Below, one piece after another: positions 53,868 to 64,000 of a stretch of 64,000 bases of DNA. The notes below the pieces were generated by a model. The model did not search any database. It was given only the letters and a program-made list of their open reading frames with translations, and was not told the DNA's origin. Within the stretch, counting starts at the first letter, position 1; each line of letters starts with the position of its first letter. The DNA is from Nitrospirota bacterium (GTDB taxonomy: Bacteria; Nitrospirota; UBA9217): the NCBI GenBank assembly GCA_963737155.1, contig CAVTRN010000002.1, positions 2,880,001-2,944,000 of the forward strand, in the 5' to 3' direction. The position numbers and the translations under genes were made by a program.

Positions 53868-55042
53868 TGAAATCGCATGACTGTATAATAAAATGCAGAC
53901 GAAACCATCACGGGCAGGAGAGGCTTATTTTAATTCTCATGGTCCTGCTGTTTATCCCTTGCACCCTCGCGATAGCTCAAAACACCAACAAGAGCTTCGG
54001 CGAGCAATATACTATAACTAACCTTGTGTCGAATATTATCGGTCAGACCGCAAATGGAGATTCAAGTCTAATCAATCCCTGGGGCATCGCACGTCCTACC
54101 ACGGAGGGGCCATGGTGGGTTGCAGATAATGGGAAAGGCAGGGTGACTGTTTATAGTGGAAAAACAGGAATTTCTTTTCCCGGTTTGTCACCGCTGAATG
54201 TAGCTATTCCCGCGACTCCCAGCAATATTAATTATAATTCCGCTCCTACCGGCGTTGTGTTCAACGGCACAGATGATTTCCAGCTTGCTCCGGAGGTACC
54301 AAGTAGGTTCATTTTCGTGACCAGCGATGGCGCCATTGCGGGCTGGAACTACACGATTAACCGACATAATGCAGTTATCGTTGCTGATAAATCTCCTGAT
54401 GCCGCATACACCGGCGTTACCATCGGTAGTATCAGTGGTGTGAACGTACTCTATGCAGCAAACTTCCGTCAGAGACGGGTGGATATTTTCGGACCAAGTT
54501 TCAGCCAACGCTTCCTCAATCCGAACGCATTCGTTGATCCGCTCATACCTGATAGTTTTTCTCCCTACAATGTTCAAAATATAAATGGACGAATTTTCGT
54601 GGTTTTTGCTAAAACCAACGCCGAAGGAACGAAAGCCGAAATTGGAACCGGTTCAGGTTATGTCGACGAGTTTGACGAGGATGGAAACCTTATCATGCGG
54701 CTTATGGAGGGACCCTGGATGAATGCACCCTGGGGCATCACACAGGCACCCATGGACTTCGGGGACTATGGTGGATTTCTCCTTCTTGGAAACTCAGGAA
54801 GCGGACAGATTGCAGCGTTCGATGCGGAATCGGGAGTTTTTGTAGGATATCTGAAGAACAGACAAGGAACAGCGCTTGTCATACCGGAGCTTCATGCCTT
54901 ATCCTTCGGCAACAACGGTCTCGCCGGTCCTGCGACGACGCTTTACTTCTCCGCAGGCGGAATCAACATTTTTGGATTTATTTCTATAGGTCCGACTCCG
55001 GAAGAGACCTATCCTTTTGCAGGAACCTATATACTACACTGA
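53868..55042 (+). CDS. TIGR03118-family secreted beta-propeller-like protein
   Basis: TNLVS, L.NPWG, WVADNG, PTG.VFN, F.P.NVQ, NAPWG, LYF.AG; start uncertain, no PEP-CTERM tail seen. Confidence 0.82.
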
Positions 55043-55480
55043 GACAATGGAGGGTTTGGAGTGTAGATCGGCTCCCCATAGCGCCTTACATGTTACGAGA
55101 TCCCTTTGTTACACAGTGCCCACACTCCTCCACGTGGCCGCCCAAATCAGCCGTGCGTCATGTTTCTATTACCCGCATCGCGCGAAGAGGATTCACGAGC
55201 ATGGGATAAGCGCTGCGGTACGGAGGGGCCGTACCGGTGTAAGATGTCTGCAACCTCGATCTGCCTGACTTCCCGTGCACACATGACGAAGTGTCAGTAG
55301 ATGCGACTACGCATTCTTTTTGGATTGCGGGGAAAGATCGAGATCCAGAGGACTCATGATCTCTGACAGGTTTTTCTCGTTTACGTGGAAGGTGATACTC
55401 TATCCATTCGGACAGGGGAGCATGTTACAAGTTGGATTTGTGAACATTTCAGCATTTCTGGCGAGCCGATACAGGAGTCA

Positions 55481-58480
55481 TTAATCTTTATTTACCATTA
55501 GCGCTATGGGAAAAGTCGATAAAATCCCGGCAAGAGCAAGTCCCTGTTTTCCGTCTTGTTGAGATTCCGTACCGATGATCTCATCGGTAAATATATTTCT
55601 ATATTGTGTTTCACTGTCGGAATCAGGCAGGATTATATAAGTATCCTCCCAGAGAGCCTTATCCAAAGGAATTGGCCCTTCCCCCTGTATGAGCAGCCAG
55701 AGGAGCCGCGGAACTACGACGATCGTCGAGGCGCCACCCATTTTCCTCACAAAGGCACAGACATGGTCAGCCCGAGACCCGACAATCGAAAGAGGTAGGT
55801 AGGCGCCTTTCTCAAACAGACCCCGGTTTGCTTTCCGGCATGTGAGTGCTTTATAAATCAAGTACATCTTTATCCTTCCGTCATTCATACTGTGATACAG
55901 TTCCTCTGCAAGATTCACTTCCGCTGCTGCTTCTTTTCTTTTCAATTCCGACAGTATGTTTATCCGCCTTTCATAATCCACTGGCCTCCGGTTGTCGGGG
56001 TCTACGAGGTTGAGATCCCACAATTCCGTCCCCTGGTAGAAATCAGGAACGCCAGGAACGCAGATTTTGAGCAGCGTCTGGGCAAGGGAGTTGAACATGC
56101 CGCAGCGTGAAACCTTACGCTGGAAAGGGAAAAAATTGGACAGGAACTGGTTTTCCGGCGCGGGGTGCAAGATACGATTTATGAACGTAGTCAAAGCCTG
56201 TTCGTGCGTTTCGTTCGGGTTTATCCAGCTAGTATTCACTTTTGCCTCACGCGCCGCCTTGATCATGTAGTCACGTATTCGCTCTACGAATTCATCATAA
56301 GCATTCCCATCGATTGTCTCCACTGGCCAAGTCCCCACAAGTATCTGGTATATCAGATACTCTTCATTCCGATCCGGCGCCTCTGCGCCGTCAATCACAG
56401 TTTTTCTCCTCCTGTTCATCCTCACCCACGCCCTCACATGCTCTCCCCACTCCCGCGGTATCTCAGACAGTACGTTGATCCTCGCCCTCACGTCCTCGCT
56501 TCGCTTCGTATCATGCGTGTCCGTAGTTACGAGCGTATGTGGCCAGAGTTTCAACCGCTCTATATTCTGTCCGTGGAATGCCTCCAAGGGTGTGCCGAAC
56601 CGCTCCGGCATACCACCAACCTCGTTTAATGATACGAGCCGGTTATAGACGTAGAAGGTTGTGTCCTCGACTCCTTTCGCCATGACGGGACCTGTGATTT
56701 GCTGGAACCGCATCACAAAGTCGAACTGTTTTGCCTTGTCCGCATCGCTGAGGTCCTTAGGAAACCTGAGCAGCAGAACGTCTTTCAGAAAATCAAAGAT
56801 AGACTCGCTGATTGCAGGGTTGTTGCGCTTTGCCCGGGAGACAGCCTGCTCGATATATTGGATGTCGCGATCGGAAACCTTCCACGTGTTCGTGTATGTT
56901 CTGTATACCGGGAAGGCAGCGATCACCTCGATAACAGCTCTTCGAAGGCTGTACAAGGTAAAATCCCTTGTACGCCTGTTCGTTTCGGATATGTCATTCA
57001 GATAATGACCAAGGGTGTTGACCTCGCTCGACAGCGTCGCCAGCATAACTTCCTTTTTTTTTGTCGAGATCATGTCCTGTACGTTGATCCTCTTTCGGAT
57101 GAATTTTTCGTAGATAACGTCAAAGGCCTTCGCATTTTGACCGTCAATAAAGATTCCGTTAACAGAGTTCAGAAATTCATAGCCCGTCGTGCCGTAGATC
57201 GGCCAGTCCTCGGGCATGCGCTCGCTCTTCGTCAATATTTTTTCTCCAACGATGTAGAAGGGCTTATATTCCAGGTTTTTCAGCACAGTCTCATCATATT
57301 GCACCGCGAGTTCGCGCTCCATTTCGGACATCGTTTCCGGTTTTATCTGACCCTCACCCACCCCGTTTTCTACGGTAACCATCTCCTGGATAAAGCAACC
57401 GCGCTGGATCCAATGAAAATACTCAACGGGATTGTAAAGACCATCCGGGTGGTCAATCCGCAAACCTGTGACGCCCCTTTCCCGAATCAGCCGAAAGATC
57501 AGAGCGTGGGTCGCCGCAAATACGGCGGGATGCTCCATATGGATTGCGCCGAGGCTGTTGATATCGAAAAAACGCCGATAGTTGATCTCTTCCGTCGCTA
57601 CCCGCCAGTGCGAAAGACGGTATATCTGCTTGCCCATAAGGCTGTCCAGGAGATCAAAGCTCTTTGAATCGCCTTTTGTTCCGTTAAATAGCATTACGTT
57701 CTCTGCAATATGCCTTCTTACTTCGTCACTTCTTTCGACAAGCACCCGGAGACGCCGTTTGATCACTTCCTTCTCACGGTACCGTTCCGCAATACGCACG
57801 AGATCTGTTTCCGTAAAGATTGGAAGGTGCTGGAGCGCAGTAGTAATGCTCAGAAACTCGGTAATGTCAGGACTCTCTTCTGGAATAAGGGCCTTCAGTT
57901 CATCAAGACGATGTTCCAAGAGGGAAACATACGTCTCCGGTAGGACCGGAAGTTTGTGTTCGTGATAATACACAAAGAAAGCGCCTTCTTCGAAGGCCAG
58001 TCTCAGTTCCTGTCCCTCCAGAATATTTCCATACTGGCCACCGAGGATAGGAATGAGAACCTTGTCCTTGAGTTCTTTTTTGATCGGCGCCCAGTCGATG
58101 TCAAAATATGCTGCATAGGGGGAGCATAGGCCATTTTCGAGTACGTCCATCCACCATGCATTATCCGAGCTCTCGATGCACATATGATTGGGAACGATAT
58201 CGAGGATTTGTCCCATACCAAGCCGGTCCAATACATCGATCATTGCTGCATAGTCCTCGTGCGTACCGATCTCGGGGTTCAGGGAATTGTGGTCCACAAT
58301 GTCGTAACCGTGGAGGCTCCCGGCTTTTGCCTTGAAATACGGCGACGCATAGATGTCAGTGATGCCGAGTTGATCAAGATAAGAAATGGCCCGCGTGGCG
58401 TCACGGAAGGTGAATCGATGATTGAACTGAAGCCGATATGTTGATACAGGGATTCTCGGAGACGGCAAATCTTTAATCAT
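55481..58480 (-). CDS. treY: Malto-oligosyltrehalose synthase
   Basis: STYRLQF, HGYD..D, DIVPNHM, NYRRFFDI, GLRIDHPDGL, VGEKIL, THDTKRSEDVRAR, DPDNRRPVD. Confidence 0.95.
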   Translation of the reverse strand: MIKDLPSPRIPVSTYRLQFNHRFTFRDATRAISYLDQLGITDIYASPYFKAKAGSLHGYDIVDHNSLNPEIGTHEDYAAMIDVLDRLGMGQILDIVPNHMCIESSDNAWWMDVLENGLCSPYAAYFDIDWAPIKKELKDKVLIPILGGQYGNILEGQELRLAFEEGAFFVYYHEHKLPVLPETYVSLLEHRLDELKALIPEESPDITEFLSITTALQHLPIFTETDLVRIAERYREKEVIKRRLRVLVERSDEVRRHIAENVMLFNGTKGDSKSFDLLDSLMGKQIYRLSHWRVATEEINYRRFFDINSLGAIHMEHPAVFAATHALIFRLIRERGVTGLRIDHPDGLYNPVEYFHWIQRGCFIQEMVTVENGVGEGQIKPETMSEMERELAVQYDETVLKNLEYKPFYIVGEKILTKSERMPEDWPIYGTTGYEFLNSVNGIFIDGQNAKAFDVIYEKFIRKRINVQDMISTKKKEVMLATLSSEVNTLGHYLNDISETNRRTRDFTLYSLRRAVIEVIAAFPVYRTYTNTWKVSDRDIQYIEQAVSRAKRNNPAISESIFDFLKDVLLLRFPKDLSDADKAKQFDFVMRFQQITGPVMAKGVEDTTFYVYNRLVSLNEVGGMPERFGTPLEAFHGQNIERLKLWPHTLVTTDTHDTKRSEDVRARINVLSEIPREWGEHVRAWVRMNRRRKTVIDGAEAPDRNEEYLIYQILVGTWPVETIDGNAYDEFVERIRDYMIKAAREAKVNTSWINPNETHEQALTTFINRILHPAPENQFLSNFFPFQRKVSRCGMFNSLAQTLLKICVPGVPDFYQGTELWDLNLVDPDNRRPVDYERRINILSELKRKEAAAEVNLAEELYHSMNDGRIKMYLIYKALTCRKANRGLFEKGAYLPLSIVGSRADHVCAFVRKMGGASTIVVVPRLLWLLIQGEGPIPLDKALWEDTYIILPDSDSETQYRNIFTDEIIGTESQQDGKQGLALAGILSTFPIALMVNKD

Positions 58481-60315
58481 TTCGCCTCCCTTGTCATTTT
58501 ATAAAGAACAAAACTATGAGGATGAATCCGGATTATTGTCGTTTGTGAATTAGTCGTGGGTTCGACTGCTGCGCCCTTGCCGCCCCATACCTCCTCTGAT
58601 GAGTCAAGTACTTTGCACCACTTTCCTTTCGGGAGTGTAATGTGAATGTTTTCCTCTCTTTCGCTGAAATTATACAGGCAAAAGACTTCATCTCTTCCCT
58701 GCCATCTCCGTACGAATAAAGTTCTCTCGGCCTCGAAACGAGATGTTTCCAGATTGTCTTTGCTGAGCATTCGAAGAACGGGCATTTCTTTCCTGAGGTG
58801 AATCAGGTTCTGATAAAAATCGAGCAGGATTCGATGCTCATGTTGGGTATGGAGCGCCAGAGTGATTTTTGATTTCTGGAACGTTTTCTCGGACTGAGGA
58901 TCTGGGACGTCCCCCTCCCATCCGAAGCGTGAGAACTCCTCTCTTCGTCCCCTTCGCACCGCTTCCACGAGGGTCTGGTCCGAATGGCTCACGAAATATT
59001 GATAGGGGGCCGTTTCTCCGTACTCCTCTCCCATAAACAAGAGCGGAATATGGGGAGACAGAACGACCACACCTGCAGCGAGCTTCAGTTGCTCGAATGA
59101 GACCATCGATGACAACCGTTCGCCCTTCATCCGATTCCCCACCTGGTCATGATTCTGGGAAAACACGATGAACTGGTGCGCCGGCCTCCCTTTCGAAGAG
59201 CTGCCATGCCTGCGTTGTCTGAAAGACGAATACTCGCCTGAATAGACAAACCCCTCTCTGAATGCCTTCTCGAGATGCTCGATCTTTCCAAAATCCTGGT
59301 AGTAGCCGCTTTGCTCGCCTGTGAGGAGTGTATGGAGCGCGTGATGAAAGTCATCGTTCCACTGGGCGTCTAGCTCATAGCCGCCCATGTTTTTCGGATT
59401 AAGCAGTCGAACGTCGTTCAGGTCACTCTCGGGAATGACGTGCACCTGTCTGTCGAGGCATTTAGCCCGACAATGCACAGCTTCCGCCAGTTCCTGCAAA
59501 AAATGTTTTGCGCTGAAATCGAATATTCCGTGGATCGCATCGATTCGCAGGGCGTCGATGTGATAGTCAGTTATCCAATGAAGCGCGTTTTCAATGAAAT
59601 AGTGTCGCACCTCATCTGAGTACGGGCCGTCAAAATTGATCGCATCTCCCCAGGGCGTTTTATATGTGTCGGTAAAATAACGGCCGTAGTCCCAAAGGTA
59701 ATTGCCTTCGGGGCCAAGGTGATTGTAGACCACGTCGAGGGCAACGGCGATGCCATTTTGATGGGCCACATTTACGAGCCGTTTCAACCCCTCAGGGCCG
59801 CCGTATGAGTTTTGAACCGCATAGGGGAACACTCCATCATATCCCCAATTCCTCATTCCGGGAAATTGCGCTACGGGCATGAACTCTATGACATTTACAC
59901 CGAGATCGAGCAGATAACCAAGATAAGGGATGATGGCGTCAAATGTCCCTTCCGGTGAAAAGGTCCCGACGTGAAGTTCGTAGCAGATGTAATCGGGGAG
60001 GGCGAGCCCTGTCCATCTTTGGTCGTCCCAGGAAAATGTGGTGTGATCGACGACCTGAGACGGCCCGTGTACCCCCTTCGGCTGGTATCGTGACGCCGGG
60101 TCGGGCCTTTCTTTTTCTCTATCGAGCTGGTAAACGTACTGTGTTCCCGGGAATGCATCTTCGGCTGTTATCCTCCAGTAGCCTCGATCGACCCGTATCA
60201 TGGGAACCAGCCGTTCGACAGGGGATACAATCTTCAGAGCCATTGCATTCAACTTCGGAGCCCAGACCGTAAAGGTACAGCGTCCGTTCCCTTCGTAATG
60301 AGCGCCAAGTACCAT
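58477..60315 (-). CDS. treZ: Malto-oligosyltrehalose trehalohydrolase
   Basis: YELHVGTF, RNWGYDGV, DVVYNHLGPEGNY, QNHDQVGNR, LLFMGEEYG. Confidence 0.95.
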   Translation of the reverse strand: MVLGAHYEGNGRCTFTVWAPKLNAMALKIVSPVERLVPMIRVDRGYWRITAEDAFPGTQYVYQLDREKERPDPASRYQPKGVHGPSQVVDHTTFSWDDQRWTGLALPDYICYELHVGTFSPEGTFDAIIPYLGYLLDLGVNVIEFMPVAQFPGMRNWGYDGVFPYAVQNSYGGPEGLKRLVNVAHQNGIAVALDVVYNHLGPEGNYLWDYGRYFTDTYKTPWGDAINFDGPYSDEVRHYFIENALHWITDYHIDALRIDAIHGIFDFSAKHFLQELAEAVHCRAKCLDRQVHVIPESDLNDVRLLNPKNMGGYELDAQWNDDFHHALHTLLTGEQSGYYQDFGKIEHLEKAFREGFVYSGEYSSFRQRRHGSSSKGRPAHQFIVFSQNHDQVGNRMKGERLSSMVSFEQLKLAAGVVVLSPHIPLLFMGEEYGETAPYQYFVSHSDQTLVEAVRRGRREEFSRFGWEGDVPDPQSEKTFQKSKITLALHTQHEHRILLDFYQNLIHLRKEMPVLRMLSKDNLETSRFEAERTLFVRRWQGRDEVFCLYNFSEREENIHITLPKGKWCKVLDSSEEVWGGKGAAVEPTTNSQTTIIRIHPHSFVLYKMTREAK

Positions 60316-60401
60316 CCTTAGAGATTCCCTTCGTTTGGGGCCACATCACTTCAAAACGAGGCTTTGCATCCGTGTGGGAAAGAACAAGCAGAAAAAGACG
60401 A

Positions 60402-61610
60402 TCACAATTCCAGAACGCTCCCCTTATGTTCCGTCGCGTACCAGATTGACAGGTAGTCACGTACTTGTCTTGTAATGAGAAAATTGGCTCGAACAAATTC
60501 TTTACCGCGCTCTCCCATCCGCTTTGCCATGTCAGGATTATTGAGCAGCTGCCGGACCCGGAACGCAGCACCCTCGGGAGAGTGCACAAGGAAGCCGGTC
60601 ACACCGTGCACAATCTGGATCGGAATTCCGCCTACGGCACCGCCGACAACGGGTTTTTCCTTCCACATGGACTCAGATACGGTGAGTCCGAAGCCTTCCT
60701 TGACGGATTTCTGGAGCACAACTGTTGCCAGTCGCTGGAGTGCGTTGATTTCCTTGTCACTGAAGGGCGGCAGAAGCAAGATGAAAATATCCGGGTCATC
60801 GGCAGCATACTCCCGCACTTCAGCCAGGACCGCTTCTCCTTCAGGGTCATCCGTAGCAGGGCTCCCGGCAAGAACGAGGATACAATCGTTATATTTCTTC
60901 ACAATGCGATAGGCCATGATCACGCCTATAGGGTCCTTGAAACGATCGAAGCGCGATACCTGAAGCAGCATCGGCCGATCAAGAGGCATTTTGAACTTCT
61001 TCGCCGCCTCACCGATTTCTTCCGGCGAAAGCTCCCTATTTTTATCGCTCACCGGATCAATTGACGGCGGAATAATGAACTCATCAATGCCCATGGACCG
61101 GGAAAATTTTGCTACGGAGAAGACCGCGGCATGGTATCGGTTGCAGTACATCCTAAGAACATCCCACACATCAAGGCGGGGGTTCGACACGTCGATGTGG
61201 CACCGCCAGATCCACGTACCCTTTTTCGCAAAGTTAATGAGGGGTGCCGGTTGTGGATCATGGATGATAACGGCATCTGCCTCCAGATTTAGCGTCTCGG
61301 CGTTGGCCTTATTTACCTCGAGATGGTGCGCCCACATTTGCTCGGTGAAAGACTCCTTATTTCCCTGAAGTGCGTTATGAATTTTTTTCGTTATAGAATA
61401 AAACTCGCCGTCGCCCTTGATAACCTCCCACCTCGCGTCGATACCCAACTCTTTGAGAATCGGGATCATACGGTGCAGGATCTCCGCCACGCCCCCTCCT
61501 TCCCGCGTGGAGTTGATGTGCAGGAATGTCTTGTTGCTGAACACCTTCCCGAGCTTGCGAAGAAGCACAAGGTCGCTATTCGGCGATATCCCCTTGTAGG
61601 CGTCGATCAT
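60402..61610 (-). CDS. treT: GT4 glycosyltransferase, trehalose synthase TreT-like
   Basis: NST..GGGVAE, HDPQP, WRCHID, QVSRFD..KDP.GV, EGFGLTV.E. Confidence 0.85.
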   Translation of the reverse strand: MIDAYKGISPNSDLVLLRKLGKVFSNKTFLHINSTREGGGVAEILHRMIPILKELGIDARWEVIKGDGEFYSITKKIHNALQGNKESFTEQMWAHHLEVNKANAETLNLEADAVIIHDPQPAPLINFAKKGTWIWRCHIDVSNPRLDVWDVLRMYCNRYHAAVFSVAKFSRSMGIDEFIIPPSIDPVSDKNRELSPEEIGEAAKKFKMPLDRPMLLQVSRFDRFKDPIGVIMAYRIVKKYNDCILVLAGSPATDDPEGEAVLAEVREYAADDPDIFILLLPPFSDKEINALQRLATVVLQKSVKEGFGLTVSESMWKEKPVVGGAVGGIPIQIVHGVTGFLVHSPEGAAFRVRQLLNNPDMAKRMGERGKEFVRANFLITRQVRDYLSIWYATEHKGSVLEL

Positions 61611-62272
61611 ATGGCCGTCCCCGCTAATTCCATGTCTTGCCGTGCAGTTTCTTCACACGCCGTCGCAATCCGCGTCCTGATTCCCTCCAGGTTGTGCATG
61701 AACGGATCGATAAACCGCAGCCTCTCTGCAAGATCTTTTTTCCCCAACTCTTCGAACCATTGTGAAAAATCGTTTGACTTCCCTTCAAATCGCCGCCGAG
61801 CGTCAAAAAAGTGATAATACAGGCAACTGTCATCAACATATTTGACAGCCATGGCAAACTCAGCAAGGTTTCTGACACCGATACCGGCATTGACCACCAA
61901 GGTTATCGTTTCATTGAAGAAGAACTCATCACCGGGCATGGCATCCCGGGGCTCCGGAAACCTTTCGAAGTGATCGTCGACAACCTTGAGCAACGCTTTT
62001 CTCAGTGCTTCTATATTGACGAAATCATAAGGATCGATATTGGAGAGCTGCTCGGCTAAGGCACTCTCCTCGAGACTCGCGCCGGCCCATTGAGAGAAAT
62101 CATTTGTATACTCAAGCATGTGCCCTTTCAATAAGTACTGATAAGTATGATGGGATATGGCCCCTTCGCTGACAACCGCGAGCGCATCCCTGAACTCGTG
62201 AAGGGTTTTTACCTTCTTCCCTGTGGCTTTGATAATGGTTACACACTGTTTGAATTCGAAGACTTCGCTCAT
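61607..62272 (-). CDS. DUF5752-family protein
   Basis: Duplicated H....NDFS.W motif; customary neighbour of TreT. Confidence 0.8.
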   Translation of the reverse strand: MSEVFEFKQCVTIIKATGKKVKTLHEFRDALAVVSEGAISHHTYQYLLKGHMLEYTNDFSQWAGASLEESALAEQLSNIDPYDFVNIEALRKALLKVVDDHFERFPEPRDAMPGDEFFFNETITLVVNAGIGVRNLAEFAMAVKYVDDSCLYYHFFDARRRFEGKSNDFSQWFEELGKKDLAERLRFIDPFMHNLEGIRTRIATACEETARQDMELAGTAI

Positions 62273-62514
62273 TCGACCCCTCTTCACACTCTCATGAAAA
62301 CGTCCTGCCGGGACAAGACATATTGATGCTTTCAAGATAAATCTGCGGAATACCAACGTCAGGACAAGAAAGATTAGTACTTTCTGTAGTACTCCGCCTT
62401 AGTGCACTCATTTAAGCGATACTGCGTCGCATATACTAATTGAAGTATAACAGAACAGGGTCTGCAATGGGATTCTCGCATGGTGAAAAAACATGCGGTT
62501 TTCAATAGTAATAT

Positions 62515-62960
62515 TTAAGCAGCCCACCGAGCTTCTCCCGACATTGAATAGCATGATCGTGCTTTTGTCATACCAGCAAGATGGATGACCCGGATGAAAA
62601 AGAGGATGTAATAGGTTGAATCAAGCAGCAAACGGTCCACACTTCCGCTGTGATAAAATCTGTTGACGAAAGTAAGACCCACGGGGTGCGGATAAACCTT
62701 TTCCACGTGGCAGGCCTTTTCCGCTCCGGTGCGGGTGCCAGGTCGTGCCGTTTTAAGATGCTTCCCACCGTCTGATCACTTACCATATTCCCCAGATCGG
62801 CCAGCGCCCAGACAATACGATCATAGCTCCAGTTTTTATTTTCCTTAGCCAGGCGTATGATCAAAACTTCCAGCACAGCCTATATCTTTGGTCTACTCTG
62901 CATAGCCCTGTACTCGAAATCGTCAAACTTGCGGACGATCAACCTGCGGTAAATGTCCCC
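62515..62960 (-). pseudogene. Transposase/integrase-core remnant
   Basis: IRLAKEN..W.YDRI..AL..LG..VS.QTV..ILKRH...PAPER...TW..F...DF.T.EVWT with disruptions. Confidence 0.78.
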
Positions 62961-63250
62961 GATATGCTCCCCGCGGCGGTAAGCAATTATTTACTATGAT
63001 GTGAATAAGCATACATAAGAACCTTGCATTTAATCAGCAGCGAAACCGAGTTTATCATAACCCAACGATCCCTGTATTTTGAGGTTTCATGATTTTAGAA
63101 TATCGCTACATCACTGAATATGGCTTGTTTTACAGGCATGTCGTTGCTCCCGCAGCGAAACGCTGAGAAACCGCGCCTAACATAATTGTGATACGTTGAT
63201 TCAAGCAAATACCTCTAACCTAATCGAACTTGGCCGAACCCAGCAGCATG

Positions 63251-63391
63251 TTAACGGTGCTCTCCATGCTCACCACCCCAGTGTTCTCCATGTTCTCCAT
63301 GCCAACCTCCGCCCCTTCCGCCCCACCAAAAACAACCGCTGGATACGAGCAACATGACCACAATTATCAATAGTCCAATTTTTTTCTTCAT
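63251..63391 (-). CDS. 46-aa His/Gly-rich lipoprotein (not in ORF track)
   Basis: MKKKIGLLIIVVMLLVSSG-CFWWGGRGGGWHGEHGEHWGGEHGEHR*; lipobox and AAAGGA RBS. Confidence 0.75.
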   Translation of the reverse strand: MKKKIGLLIIVVMLLVSSGCFWWGGRGGGWHGEHGEHWGGEHGEHR

Positions 63392-63645
63392 AATGATTTC
63401 ATCCTTTCTCTGTTTCTCTCGGGTCGAATCAATTTCCTGCTAAGATATCCATCAGCCGCCACTGATTCAGAAGAAGACAGTCGACCTTCTAGTGCAAGTT
63501 GCAAATCTCCAGCTCAGCTGTTCGCCAGGCTTTCCGTTCCGAACAACGCGGTTAAACAAACTCACTCGGCCAATGCAGCCATTTGAGGGAATGAGCACAA
63601 GCCTTGCCGATAAATATTCCCCACTTTTTAGAATAGCTCAATAAT

Positions 63646-64000
63646 TTAATGCCAATCAATTCCCTTTGAACGCAAATTATTGCGGGCTTCTTCATCCCCT
63701 AACTTCGCAGACATTTTAAGATTTTGAATATACATGTCATTATTTCCTAACTTCTGATAAGCAACCCCACGATTATAGTATGCATCCGCATCTTTCGGAT
63801 CCAGTTCTATTGCCTTGCTGTAATCATTGATTGCATTTTCATGGTTTCCTAAAGCTTGATTAGCAATCCCACGATTATAGTATGCATCCGCATCTTTCGG
63901 ATTTAGTTCTATTGCCTTGCTGTAATCATTAATAGCCTGCACTAGGTTTCCTGAAGCTTTATAAGCATTCCCGCGATTATAGTATGCATCCGCGGCTTCC
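63646..64000 (-). CDS. TPR-repeat protein (5' end outside window)
   Basis: 34-aa repeats ADAYYNRG...AINDYSKAIEL.P with 102-bp nucleotide periodicity. Confidence 0.9.
   Translation of the reverse strand, partial: EAADAYYNRGNAYKASGNLVQAINDYSKAIELNPKDADAYYNRGIANQALGNHENAINDYSKAIELDPKDADAYYNRGVAYQKLGNNDMYIQNLKMSAKLGDEEARNNLRSKGIDWH

Noticed and set aside
63771-63990. 102-bp near-identical direct repeats
   Set aside because: Explained by TPR coding repeats

Overview
Bacterial chromosomal window with an AT-richer accessory middle. The gene content suggests an anaerobic Gram-negative of Nitrospirota/Desulfobacterota type, which is inference only. Housekeeping and metabolic genes: sdhB (partial), a liv-type branched-chain amino acid ABC operon plus CBS-ACT gene, polX, GTP-PEPCK, typA, pncB/pncA, nagZ, plsC, an FKBP PPIase and a DUF5752-treT-treZ-treY trehalose operon. 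The most notable block is a cell-envelope lipid island at about 35-49.3 kb. It holds an operon of GT9, ArnT-like GT, LPG-synthase-TM protein, B12 radical SAM, DegT aminotransferase and a frameshifted class I aminotransferase. Downstream lie an AhpD-like gene with an arsS remnant, a PagL-like barrel, MepK, a PAP2/Aur1-like remnant and a convergent spt plus ceramide-synthase pair (sphingolipid synthesis). Other highlights are an uncharacterised 583-aa tandem kinase/pseudokinase-like protein, a c-di-GMP-I riboswitch, and a DUF2946-like leader with a putative arrest motif. Also present are an IS630 nested inside a MITE (empty copy elsewhere in the window), five co-oriented copies of a three-hairpin IS200/IS605-like miniature element, a seemingly perfect 715-bp tandem duplication, a hidden 46-aa His-rich lipoprotein and many gene remnants. 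No rRNA, tRNA or CRISPR array was seen. All family calls come from motif recognition by eye; no database search was run.
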